Origin: Luteolibacter sp.
GTDB lineage: Bacteria; Verrucomicrobiota; Verrucomicrobiia; Verrucomicrobiales; Akkermansiaceae
DNA length: 64,000 bases
NCBI GenBank assembly: GCA_044361475.1
Contig: JBIKIR010000002.1
Coordinates: 18,543-82,542, forward strand
Direction of reading: 5' to 3'
The notes beneath the pieces are model-generated. The model was not told where the DNA came from, searched no databases, and saw nothing but the letters and a program-made list of their open reading frames with translations. The first letter of the stretch is position 1. Every line of letters begins with the position of its first letter. Of the stretch, positions 1-8,371 are shown piece by piece. The translations under genes were made by a program, and so were the position numbers.

Positions 1-867
1 TTATTCGCCGAGACCGAAGCGCACGAAGCGGGTCACCGTGAAGGTGTCACCGAGCTCCTTGCCCTTAGCTTCGAGGAATTGCGTGACGGTGACCTTGTCG
101 TCCTTCACGAAAGCCTGCTCAAGGAAGCAGCTCTCGGCATAGAACTTGCCGACCTGACCCTTGAGGATGTTCTCGATGATGTTTTCCGGCTTGCCGCTAT
201 CGGCAAGGCGTGCGCGGAAGATTTCCTTCTCGGCCTCGACGACCGACTCAGGAATGTCGTTGCGCGACAGACCCTTCGGTGCGCAGGCGGCAATGTGCAA
301 GGTGAGGTCCTTGACCATGTCGCGGAAGGCATCGCTCTTCGCCGACTCGGGCTTGGTGGTACCCACTTCGATGAGCACGCCAACCTTGCCCGGAGGGTGG
401 ATGTAAAAGGAAATCACACCAGAGGGAGCAGCATCAAAACGCACATACTTGCGGAACTGGAGGTTTTCACCCACTTCCACCACCTTGGCCTTCACGGTGT
501 CCTCGATGCTGTACTCACCCATCGAAACCGCCAGCGCCGCAGCGTGGTCGGCCGCGTTGGCGGACTCAAGGGTATCGGCGATCTGGTTGACGAAGGCCTG
601 GAAGTTTTCGTTCTTCGACACGAAGTCCGTCTCGCAGTTGACCTCGAGCAAAATGCCCGAAGCGCCATTTGCGGCAACGCGGGCGGTGATGATGCCCTCG
701 TTGGCGGCGCGGTCGGCCTTGGCACCTGCCTTGGCGATGCCGCGCTCGCGGAGCAGCTTGATGGAGGCTTCAAGATCGCCGTTGGTTTCGGTGAGGACCT
801 TTTTGCAGTCCATCATCCCGGCGTTGGTCTTGTCGCGGAGTTCTTTGACAATTGCAGCAGTAATCAT
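1..867 (-). CDS. tsf: Translation elongation factor Ts
   Basis: ORF 1..900. Start moved to Met12 (MITAAIVKELRDKTNAGMMDCKKVL...), the canonical EF-Ts N-terminus. ATG confirmed at 865-867 on the minus strand. Lies directly downstream of rpsB, as in most bacteria. Confidence 0.95.
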   Translation of the reverse strand: MITAAIVKELRDKTNAGMMDCKKVLTETNGDLEASIKLLRERGIAKAGAKADRAANEGIITARVAANGASGILLEVNCETDFVSKNENFQAFVNQIADTLESANAADHAAALAVSMGEYSIEDTVKAKVVEVGENLQFRKYVRFDAAPSGVISFYIHPPGKVGVLIEVGTTKPESAKSDAFRDMVKDLTLHIAACAPKGLSRNDIPESVVEAEKEIFRARLADSGKPENIIENILKGQVGKFYAESCFLEQAFVKDDKVTVTQFLEAKGKELGDTFTVTRFVRFGLGE

Positions 868-912
868 GTGTGAAATTTCTGTGAAGTTGTTGTTTCGCAA
901 AACACCAAAGGA

Positions 913-1596
913 TCAACCCTTGCGGGAGGTCACCATGGCATCGACGAGATTCTGGAGAATGATGCGGATCGAGCGGATCGCGTCGTCATTGCCCGGAATC
1001 GGATATTGGACGAGGGCCGGATCGGCGTTGGTGTCGACCAGCGCAACGATCGGGATTCCAAGGCGGCGAGCCTCAGCCACGGCGATGGTCTCGCGGGCGG
1101 AGTCCACGATCACCACGGCATCAGGCTTCTTGTCCATGTCGCGCACGCCACGGAGGTTGCGCAGAAGCTTTTCACGCTCACGGCCGAGAGCAGCGAGTTC
1201 CTTCTTCGACATGGCCTTGAATTCAGGCTGCTTCTCGATGTTCTCAAGATACTTGAGACGCTCCACCGACTTACGCACAGTCGCGCTGTTGGTAAGCATG
1301 CCGCCCAGCCAGCGGTGGTTGACGTAATGTTGCCCGGTTGCCTCGGCAGCTTCGCGGATCGCGTCTTGCGCCTGGCGTTTGCAGCCGACGAAGAGGACCT
1401 TCTTGCCCTTGCCCGTGAGGTCGGAGAGAAACGCCGCGGCCTTGTCGAGCTGCTGAACGGTTTTCTCGAGGTTGATGATGTAGATCCCGCCCTTGTCCTT
1501 CATGAGGAAGGGCTTCATGCGTGGGTTCCACTTTTTCGTCTGGTGTCCGTAGTGGACGCCGGCGTCCACCATGTCGTTGATGAGTTCGTTGATCAT
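913..1596 (-). CDS. rpsB: 30S ribosomal protein S2
   Basis: 227-aa ORF MINELINDMVDAGVHYGHQTKKWNPRM..., a typical S2 N-terminus. Conserved rpsB-tsf pair. Confidence 0.95.
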   Translation of the reverse strand: MINELINDMVDAGVHYGHQTKKWNPRMKPFLMKDKGGIYIINLEKTVQQLDKAAAFLSDLTGKGKKVLFVGCKRQAQDAIREAAEATGQHYVNHRWLGGMLTNSATVRKSVERLKYLENIEKQPEFKAMSKKELAALGREREKLLRNLRGVRDMDKKPDAVVIVDSARETIAVAEARRLGIPIVALVDTNADPALVQYPIPGNDDAIRSIRIILQNLVDAMVTSRKG

Positions 1597-1773
1597 TTGA
1601 TATATGGTTTCCCGCCTTGAATCAGGTCGGGCGATTCTCGAAGACCCGCCGCATGGGATGTTCCCTCTGGTCTTCTTTGGTAGCTTTGCGGCGCAAAAGG
1701 GACGCGCGTGATAGGGGCGCCCCCAGCCGCTGGCAAGGAAAATCCGATGAAATCGGTGAAATCCGCCACGATT

Positions 1774-2115
1774 TCAGGCCGGCCTGAGCAGGTAACCCGC
1801 CACCCAGCCCTCCTCGCCGCCTTCATTCCGGCACCAGTGCCAACCATGAATCTGACGCAGTGATTCCAAGAAGTCGCCGCGCCGGATTTTCAAAACCGTG
1901 GGGTCAAATGCCTCGATCACCGAAAAGCGCCCGTCGCCAAGCGGCTTGAGAATTTCCTCGGGAATATAGCCGTCATTGCCTACCGAATCGCTGGCCCAAA
2001 CCCAGCCGGGCCATGTCCGGTCGGCCGCACCGACCAGCACCTCGTCGCCGGGCGCAAGGCGAATGGGTTCGCTGTCGTTATCCTCGTAGTCGGAATTGGC
2101 GGTGTGCTTGGCCAT
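1774..2115 (-). CDS. Hypothetical protein with SH3-like repeats
   Basis: ORF 1774..2142, start set at MAKHTANSDYED (ATG at 2113-2115). Two segments (GDEVLV..GWVWA..GYIPEE and GDFLES..GWHWC..GWVAGY) resemble bacterial SH3 domains. No functional assignment. Confidence 0.55.
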   Translation of the reverse strand: MAKHTANSDYEDNDSEPIRLAPGDEVLVGAADRTWPGWVWASDSVGNDGYIPEEILKPLGDGRFSVIEAFDPTVLKIRRGDFLESLRQIHGWHWCRNEGGEEGWVAGYLLRPA

Positions 2116-2235
2116 GGCTCGTGACGCGACCCAATCACACACAGCGCCCCTTGGCCAAGACCGAATTCACCACGCTTCTGCGTAGGTCACGAAATGCCAA
2201 TCATTTGCCACAATCGGACCTTCCCCCCGATTGAC

Positions 2236-2835
2236 ATGCACCACATCACCAACGACCCCGATCAAGAACTCGTCGAGCTCGCCCAAAACGGAGACACCCG
2301 CGCCTTCGACTCACTCATCGAAAAACACCACTCACGCCTCTACGGCCTCGTCTACCATATGACCTCGCACCACGAGGACAGTCACGACATCCTGCAAGAA
2401 GTCTATTCGCGCGCATTCCGCTCGATCCGCAGCTTTCGCGGCCACTCGAGCTTTCACACCTGGATCCACCAAATCGCCGTAAACCACACGCTCAATTTCC
2501 TGCGCAAACGGAAACGCCGCTCAGGCATCAGCCTTCAGGAAATCGTTTCCAACGACGGCTGCGATCCGGCACTCGTCGACCCCAGCCACCGCGTCAATCC
2601 GGAACGCCAAACGATCGTTCGCGAACTCCGCGCACGCCTCAACGAAGCGTTCAAAAAACTCACCGATGCCCACCGCCGCGTCGTGACGATGTTTGACCTT
2701 CAAGGCATGTCACACGGCGAAATTGCCCGCACGCTCAACACCTCCGAAGGAACCATTCGCTCGCGCTTGCATTACGCCCACCTGCAACTGCAATCAGCCT
2801 TGCAAGACACATGGAACGAACGGTTTTGCGATTGA
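2236..2835 (+). CDS. ECF-type RNA polymerase sigma-70 family factor
   Basis: ORF 2194..2835, start at MHHITNDPDQELVELAQNGDTRAFDSLIEKH. Region 2 (DILQEVYSRAFRSIRSFRGHSSFHTWIHQIAVN) and region 4 (LQGMSHGEIARTLNTSEGTIRSRLHYA) motifs are present. Confidence 0.85.
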   Translation: MHHITNDPDQELVELAQNGDTRAFDSLIEKHHSRLYGLVYHMTSHHEDSHDILQEVYSRAFRSIRSFRGHSSFHTWIHQIAVNHTLNFLRKRKRRSGISLQEIVSNDGCDPALVDPSHRVNPERQTIVRELRARLNEAFKKLTDAHRRVVTMFDLQGMSHGEIARTLNTSEGTIRSRLHYAHLQLQSALQDTWNERFCD

Positions 2836-2860
2836 GAGAAATTCAACCCCAATCCCAAAC

Positions 2861-3928
2861 TCAAACACGCAGTCGCAAATCCCGCGCGCTCCATAGCAAG
2901 TCGGCCGCAGGACGTGCGCTGCCTCTCAGTTTCCGCGCGCCATCTTTGCGCCTTGGGCTGAAGCGTTCTCTCGCGCCGGCGAAGGCTTCGTTGACAAATG
3001 CCTTGCTGCCAATCACCGCGCCATCGGTGAAATACCGCACGCGGCAGCGCAGCATTACCGCCATGCCAAGATCGGGCAGCACGGTGCCGTTCTCCTTCGC
3101 TTCCAAGGCTTCCGCAGTGTTCATCTGCGGCCTCACCACTCCTTTTTCGACATTGGCGTTTCCACTCTTGCGGCCCAAGGCAAGCCCCATCGCGCGCCGA
3201 TAGATGCGCGAAATTTCTTTCCATCGATCCGCCTCGAAGCCTGCTCCCTGATGGCTCATGCAGGCTCGAACCAACCCCTCGCGCGCTTTCTTGCCATTGC
3301 CCTTTGGTCCGCCTCCCACTGCCTCGCCATAGCTGCTCCAGCGATATTCGGCTGGATCGGAGACCATTCCCGCGCGAACCGGATTGAGATCAATGTACGC
3401 CGCCATCGTCCGCGCCGCGATGCCGCTTTCGACGATGACACTCTTGTAGCGCTCTTCCCACAAAGTGCCTGTGCGGTTGTGCGTGCGATTGAACCACCGC
3501 GTGAAGCGCTGCAGCACGGTTTTCATGAACTCGCTCAAATCGTGCATGCGATAGGTGAAGCGGGCATGAATTTCAGCAACGAGGGCCGCATTTCCAGCCT
3601 TGCGCGCGTCGGACAATTCCTTCGCCACTGTGGCCACGAAGGCTTCCGTTTGGATTGCAGTTAGGCGTTTCAAAAGCTCTGCATCGGAGATCCCGCCTGC
3701 GGGCATCGGTGGCACTTCGAGCAGGATGTGGATGTGGTTCGACATCAGGCAGTAGGACAAAATTCGGCAGCCCGAGAAATTTTCCTGCATGCGCATGAAG
3801 GCCCGAAATCGCTCACGCTCGATTTCCTCAAAGACAAATCGCCGATCCACCACACGGCTGATGCAGTGGTAAATCGCCGGCTTTTCCGCCGAATCCTTCC
3901 ACGGCGCCAACCACCGCTTGCTGCTCAT
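2861..3928 (-). CDS. HUH-Y1 transposase, REP-associated tyrosine transposase (RAYT)/IS200-like
   Basis: 355 aa. HUH motif in YCLMSNHIHILLEV, Tyr region GTLWEERYKSVIVE, and YIDLNPVRAGMV..YRWSSY, all typical of the Y1_Tnp family. Single ORF with no IS-like partner gene. Confidence 0.8.
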   Translation of the reverse strand: MSSKRWLAPWKDSAEKPAIYHCISRVVDRRFVFEEIERERFRAFMRMQENFSGCRILSYCLMSNHIHILLEVPPMPAGGISDAELLKRLTAIQTEAFVATVAKELSDARKAGNAALVAEIHARFTYRMHDLSEFMKTVLQRFTRWFNRTHNRTGTLWEERYKSVIVESGIAARTMAAYIDLNPVRAGMVSDPAEYRWSSYGEAVGGGPKGNGKKAREGLVRACMSHQGAGFEADRWKEISRIYRRAMGLALGRKSGNANVEKGVVRPQMNTAEALEAKENGTVLPDLGMAVMLRCRVRYFTDGAVIGSKAFVNEAFAGARERFSPRRKDGARKLRGSARPAADLLWSARDLRLRV

Positions 3929-3987
3929 GAGTCACCTCCTCCCATGCCCCACCATTTACCACAGCCATCCCCGACGGCAAGAAGAAT

Positions 3988-4016
3988 CTCTACAATTTGT
4001 CTGGGAAATTGTAGAG
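3988..4016. repeat. Perfect 11-bp-stem hairpin CTCTACAATTT-N7-AAATTGTAGAG upstream of the RAYT gene
   Basis: Read directly from the sequence. The stem foot carries CTAC/GTAG. Located 60 nt upstream of the RAYT start. Confidence 0.6.
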
Positions 4017-4035
4017 TAAGTCATAAGCCATCACC

Positions 4036-4231
4036 AATCCGCACGCTCACACGCCAAAAAACGATACCCTATCCAACTTTGGATTTGGGTTCACTCCCTC
4101 ACCGATGCCCGGCGCAAGCGATCCATGATCGCCAATCCGCACGCTCACACGCCAAAAAACGATACCCTATCCAACTTTGGATTTGGGTTCACTCCCTCAC
4201 CGATGCCCGGCGCAAGCGATCCATGATCGCC
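4036..4231. repeat. Tandem direct duplication, 2 x 98 bp
   Basis: Unit 4036-4133 repeats at 4134-4231 with no mismatch seen by eye. Copy 2 holds the real 3' end of tsaC, and copy 1 holds a ghost copy of it. Confidence 0.9.
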
Positions 4232-5220
4232 ACACCAAGGCCGGTCTCGCTCACCGGTTCGGCCACAATCGCATCGAGCCCGGCCTCATCGAGACTGCGC
4301 ATCACATAAAACAAACGGATCGCCGCCTCGGCGAGCTTTCCGCTGCCGGGGCTCAACGCCTCGACACGCTCCCACGGATGCATGGTCACATAGCGGCCAT
4401 CATCCTCGCCACGATAACTCATCAGCCCATATCGCTTGCCAGGCTCCGGACGAAAATCACACGGATCGGAAAGCAAAATCAATGGCGTATGCGGCGCGTA
4501 GTGGCTCGGCAACTGACCCGGCGCATGTGGCGCATCACCAAGTTTCTCCTTGAGCTTCTCGACCTTGCCAAACGCCTGCAGTTGTTCTTTGGTCACCGGA
4601 CCCGCGCGATGCAGTCTCAACACCGGCTTTTTGCCCTCGCGCGGCTCGATGGAAATGATCGTGCTCTCTAGACCTTCGGTGCAGGCGCCACCATCAACAA
4701 CCAAAGGAATCCTTCCCTCCAATTCTTTCATCACCGCCGATGCGGAGGTCGGCGAAATCCTGCCAAAGCGATTCGCACTCGGCGCCGCGATCGGCTGGCC
4801 CAACTCTTTATTGATCGCACGAAAAACCGGATGCGCACTCTGACGCACCGCCACGGTCGGCAGTCCACTGGTCACCAGATCCGGCACATCAGGGTGCTTT
4901 GGCAAAATCAAGGTCAGCGGCCCTGGCCAAAAAGCTTCGGTGAGACGACTGACATCTTCGGCAATTTCATCCGGCACCACCGCCACGCGTTTCAAATCAC
5001 CACGCGAAGCAATGTGCACGATCAACGGATCAAACGACGGTCGTTCTTTCGCAGCAAAAACCTTCGCCACCGCATCGGCGTTGAAGGCATCCGCCGCCAA
5101 GCCATACACGGTCTCGGTCGGCAAGGCCACGATCTCACCCGCACGCAACAGCGAAGTTGCCTCGCGGACAGCCTCCTTCATGTCATCGTCGGTGGCTTGG
5201 ATGATGCGCGTATCGGACAT
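4189..5220 (-). CDS. tsaC: L-threonylcarbamoyladenylate synthase (Sua5/YrdC/TsaC, long form with Sua5 C-terminal domain)
   Basis: ORF 4189..5259, start at MSDTRIIQAT (ATG 5218-5220). YrdC motifs LPTETVYGLAADA and KERPSFDPLIVHI. Confidence 0.9.
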   Translation of the reverse strand: MSDTRIIQATDDDMKEAVREATSLLRAGEIVALPTETVYGLAADAFNADAVAKVFAAKERPSFDPLIVHIASRGDLKRVAVVPDEIAEDVSRLTEAFWPGPLTLILPKHPDVPDLVTSGLPTVAVRQSAHPVFRAINKELGQPIAAPSANRFGRISPTSASAVMKELEGRIPLVVDGGACTEGLESTIISIEPREGKKPVLRLHRAGPVTKEQLQAFGKVEKLKEKLGDAPHAPGQLPSHYAPHTPLILLSDPCDFRPEPGKRYGLMSYRGEDDGRYVTMHPWERVEALSPGSGKLAEAAIRLFYVMRSLDEAGLDAIVAEPVSETGLGVAIMDRLRRASVRE

Positions 5221-5304
5221 GGCGGGGTCATGCCACAGACCCCGGCGGATTGCGAACACCTATTTTGGGTTTCCCTCGCGATCGGTCGTCGCTAGTTTTG
5301 ATCC

Positions 5305-5859
5305 ATGAACGACACAAAACCGACGCCGAAAAACATCGTGCTGGTCGGCTTCATGGGCAGCGGCAAAACGACCGTCGGCCGTGAACTCCACCAACGCCTC
5401 GGCTACCCGCTGATCGACATGGACCAAGTGATCGAGGAATGCGCCGGCAAATCCATCCCCGCGATCTTCGCTGAATCGGGCGAAGCAGGATTTCGCGAAA
5501 TGGAAACTTCCTTGCTGAGGGAAATCACCGACCATGCAAGCAGTGAGCGACGCATCATTTCCACCGGCGGCGGCATCGTCGGTAGCGAAGAAAACCGCGC
5601 CTTACTCAAACAACTGGGTTATGTCGTGTGGCTCAGCGCGCCGATCAAAGTGATCCTCGAACGCACCGGCAAAAACCGCAATCGCCCGCTCCTCAACACC
5701 GAAGACCCAGCCGCAAAAATCCAGCTCCTCATGGACCAACGCACCCCCCTCTACGAGGAGGTCGCCCATCTGAAACTCGACACCTCGGGCCTCGATTTCA
5801 GCGAGCTCGCCACCGGCATCCTCGAGTGCGCCCGCTACTTTTTCACCAGCCGCGCATGA
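5305..5859 (+). CDS. aroK: Shikimate kinase
   Basis: 184 aa. P-loop in IVLVGFMGSGKTTVGRELHQRLGYPLIDMD, and typical length. Confidence 0.9.
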   Translation: MNDTKPTPKNIVLVGFMGSGKTTVGRELHQRLGYPLIDMDQVIEECAGKSIPAIFAESGEAGFREMETSLLREITDHASSERRIISTGGGIVGSEENRALLKQLGYVVWLSAPIKVILERTGKNRNRPLLNTEDPAAKIQLLMDQRTPLYEEVAHLKLDTSGLDFSELATGILECARYFFTSRA

Positions 5860-6917
5860 CCTCTCCCGAGGCACAGGTGAAACATTGGGCCGCCGAGGCG
5901 GGCTTCGACGATTGTCGCTTCGCCAAAGCCGGCACCGCAAGCCATGCGAAGGAATTTCTCGATTGGATCGAGCTCGGCAAACACGGCGAGATGGCCTGGC
6001 TCGAGCGCAACCCGCATCGCCGCTGCGACCCGCGCGAAGTCCTGCCCGGATGCCGCACAGTGATCTGCCTCGCACTCAATTATTTCCCAGGAAACAACCC
6101 CTTCCCCGAAAACCACCCCGGCGGCTACCGCATCGCCCGCTACGCATGGAACAACGATTACCACGACCTGATCGAAAAAAAACTCAGGGAGCTTGATCAA
6201 AAATTGCAGACCCTCGGCGGCACACAAAAATTCTATGTCGATACCGGCCCGGTCCTCGAACGTGATTTCGCCAGCGATGCCGGACTCGGCTGGAATGGCA
6301 AATCGACGATGCAAATCCACCGCCGACTCGGCACCTGGTTTTTCCTCGCCGACATCCTCACGACCCTCGACCTCACGCCCGACGCACCAATCCGCGACCA
6401 TTGCGGCTCGTGCACACGCTGCATGACTGCTTGCCCGACCCAAGCGATCACCGCCCCGCGCCAACTCGATGCCCGCCGCTGCGTTTCCTACCTGACCATC
6501 GAACACAAGGGCCCGATCCCCCACGAGTTTCGCCGCGCCATCGGCAACCGCATCTACGGCTGCGACGACTGCCTGCAAGCCTGCCCATGGAACCGCTTCG
6601 CCAGCACCTCCCGCGAAGCGAGCTTCCACGCCCGCGAGTCGGTCTTCGCAATGCAAATGCGCGATTTCCTGAGCCTCACCGACGAGTCCTTCCGCGCGCT
6701 CTTCGCCAAATCCCCCATCAAACGCATCAAACGCCCGGCCTTCCTCCGCAATGTCTGCGTCGCCCTCGGCAACACCGGCACCACCAATGATCTCCCCGCT
6801 CTCAAGCAGGCCGCCCAAGACCCCCACCCGCTCGTCGCCGAACACGCACTTTGGGCCATCGCCGAGATCGAAAGCCGCGAGACATGCATGCAATCAGGCT
6901 CTGAGGCCCTAGTTTGA
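5856..6917 (+). CDS. queG: Epoxyqueuosine reductase (tRNA queuosine biosynthesis)
   Basis: ORF 5628..6917, with the real start at MTSPEAQVKHWAAEAGFDD (ATG 5856, ATGA overlap with the aroK stop). 4Fe-4S motifs CGSCTRCMTACP and CDDCLQACPWN, plus a HEAT-like C-terminus. Confidence 0.88.
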   Translation: MTSPEAQVKHWAAEAGFDDCRFAKAGTASHAKEFLDWIELGKHGEMAWLERNPHRRCDPREVLPGCRTVICLALNYFPGNNPFPENHPGGYRIARYAWNNDYHDLIEKKLRELDQKLQTLGGTQKFYVDTGPVLERDFASDAGLGWNGKSTMQIHRRLGTWFFLADILTTLDLTPDAPIRDHCGSCTRCMTACPTQAITAPRQLDARRCVSYLTIEHKGPIPHEFRRAIGNRIYGCDDCLQACPWNRFASTSREASFHARESVFAMQMRDFLSLTDESFRALFAKSPIKRIKRPAFLRNVCVALGNTGTTNDLPALKQAAQDPHPLVAEHALWAIAEIESRETCMQSGSEALV

Positions 6918-6977
6918 GCTTGCAAGCCCAGCACGGAGCGCTTAAGAATCGCCCCCACAGCTTCTGACGAAAGAAAG

Positions 6978-7003
6978 GAGTGGGTCTCGTACCCACTCTT
7001 TTG
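6978..7003 (+). terminator. Candidate intrinsic terminator after queG
   Basis: Stem GAGTGGGT / ACCCACTC with a 5-nt loop, followed by TTTT. The T-run is short. Confidence 0.4.
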
Positions 7004-7046
7004 CGTCTACAGACATCAGAAGCAGCGATCGCACACAACGCCCGCC

Positions 7047-8333
7047 ATGACCAACGATATCGTCGCCCTCATCGAATACTACGAAAAGGAAAAAGGCATC
7101 GACCGCGACAAGGTCGTCGCCGCCTTGGAATTCGCATTCATCTCCGCCTACCGGAAAATGGTTCCCGGTGCCGACGCGATCGAAAACATCCGCGCCGATG
7201 TGAACACCCGCAAGGGCGAAACCCGCATCTTCGCATCACTCACAGTCGTGGCCGATGAGGATTATGCGGACAAATTCAACGAAGTCCCCCTATCCACCGC
7301 TCTCAAGAAAAACCCCTCGGCCGTCATCGGCGAACAGGTGGAATTCAACATCACTCCCAAAGACTTTGGCCGCATCGCCGTCCAGACCGCGAAGCAAACA
7401 ATGATGCAACGCCTCCGCCAAGCGGAGAAGGAAATGATCTACGAGGAGTTCAAGGACCGCGCCGGCGACATCGTCTCAGGCACCGTCCGCCGCTTCGAAC
7501 GCAACGATGTGATGATCGACCTCGGTAAATTCGAAGGCATCATGCCCAACCGCGAACGCGTCCAAGGCGAAGATTACAACATCGGCGACCGCATCCGCTG
7601 CTATGTGCTCGCCGTCGAAAACGAAGGCCGCGGCCCCGAAATCATCCTCTCGCGCAGCCACCCCAATTTCGTCCGCCGCCTGTTTGAAGCCGAGGTCAAC
7701 GAAATCTCCGACCGCACCGTCGAAATCCGCGGCATCTCCCGCGAGGCAGGCTTCCGCACCAAGGTGGCCGTCTGGAGCAGCGACCCAAAGGTCGACCCCG
7801 TCGGCGCCTGCGTCGGCATGCGCGGCGCACGCGTCAAAAACATCGTCCGCGAACTCAACAACGAAAAAGTCGACATCATCCGCTGGAGCGAAGACCCGAA
7901 AGAATTCGTCCGCGAAGCACTCAAACCCGCCGAACTCCGCTCAATCAGCGTCGACGAGGAAAACAAGATCGTCCATGTCACCGTCGACGAAATCGACCTC
8001 AGCAAGGCCATCGGCCGCAAAGGCCAAAACGCGCGCCTCTCGTCACGCCTCATGGGCTGGGATGTACAGGTCCGCCGCGACGAATCGAAGGAAGAACAAT
8101 TCAAGGAAAAGATCGGCGGCGCCGCACACACGCTCGCCGAACAACTCGAGATCACCGAGGAACTCGCCAACAAGCTCACCCTCGCCGGCGGATTCAACCC
8201 GGAAATGATCGTCGACATGCCATCCGAATACATCGCCTCAGCCCTCGAAATTACTCCCGAGGCCGCCGATGCGATCCTCTCCCGCGCCCAATCCCTCGTC
8301 TCCGGCGGAGAAGCAGTCACCAGCAACGACTGA
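7047..8333 (+). CDS. nusA: Transcription termination/antitermination factor NusA
   Basis: 428 aa. N-terminus MTNDIVALIEYYEKEKGIDRDKV, an S1 domain, KH domains (GACVGMRGARVKNIVREL.. and IGRKGQNARL), and conserved nusA-infB order. Confidence 0.95.
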   Translation: MTNDIVALIEYYEKEKGIDRDKVVAALEFAFISAYRKMVPGADAIENIRADVNTRKGETRIFASLTVVADEDYADKFNEVPLSTALKKNPSAVIGEQVEFNITPKDFGRIAVQTAKQTMMQRLRQAEKEMIYEEFKDRAGDIVSGTVRRFERNDVMIDLGKFEGIMPNRERVQGEDYNIGDRIRCYVLAVENEGRGPEIILSRSHPNFVRRLFEAEVNEISDRTVEIRGISREAGFRTKVAVWSSDPKVDPVGACVGMRGARVKNIVRELNNEKVDIIRWSEDPKEFVREALKPAELRSISVDEENKIVHVTVDEIDLSKAIGRKGQNARLSSRLMGWDVQVRRDESKEEQFKEKIGGAAHTLAEQLEITEELANKLTLAGGFNPEMIVDMPSEYIASALEITPEAADAILSRAQSLVSGGEAVTSND

Positions 8334-8371
8334 TCCCCGCCCGCCCCACACACCACTGCTAGAAAAGCCGG

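Noticed and set aside
79-873. 264-aa ORF on the + strand
   Set aside because: Fully antisense to the confidently identified tsf gene. Arg/Ala/Gly-rich junk composition, typical of shadow ORFs in GC-rich DNA.
5628-5855. N-terminal 76 codons of ORF 5628..6917
   Set aside because: Overlaps aroK in another frame and is Pro/Arg-rich. The QueG homology begins only at Met 5856, which overlaps the aroK stop (ATGA).
5835-6893. 352-aa ORF on the - strand
   Set aside because: Antisense shadow of queG. No recognisable motifs and low-complexity Ala/Gly/Glu composition.
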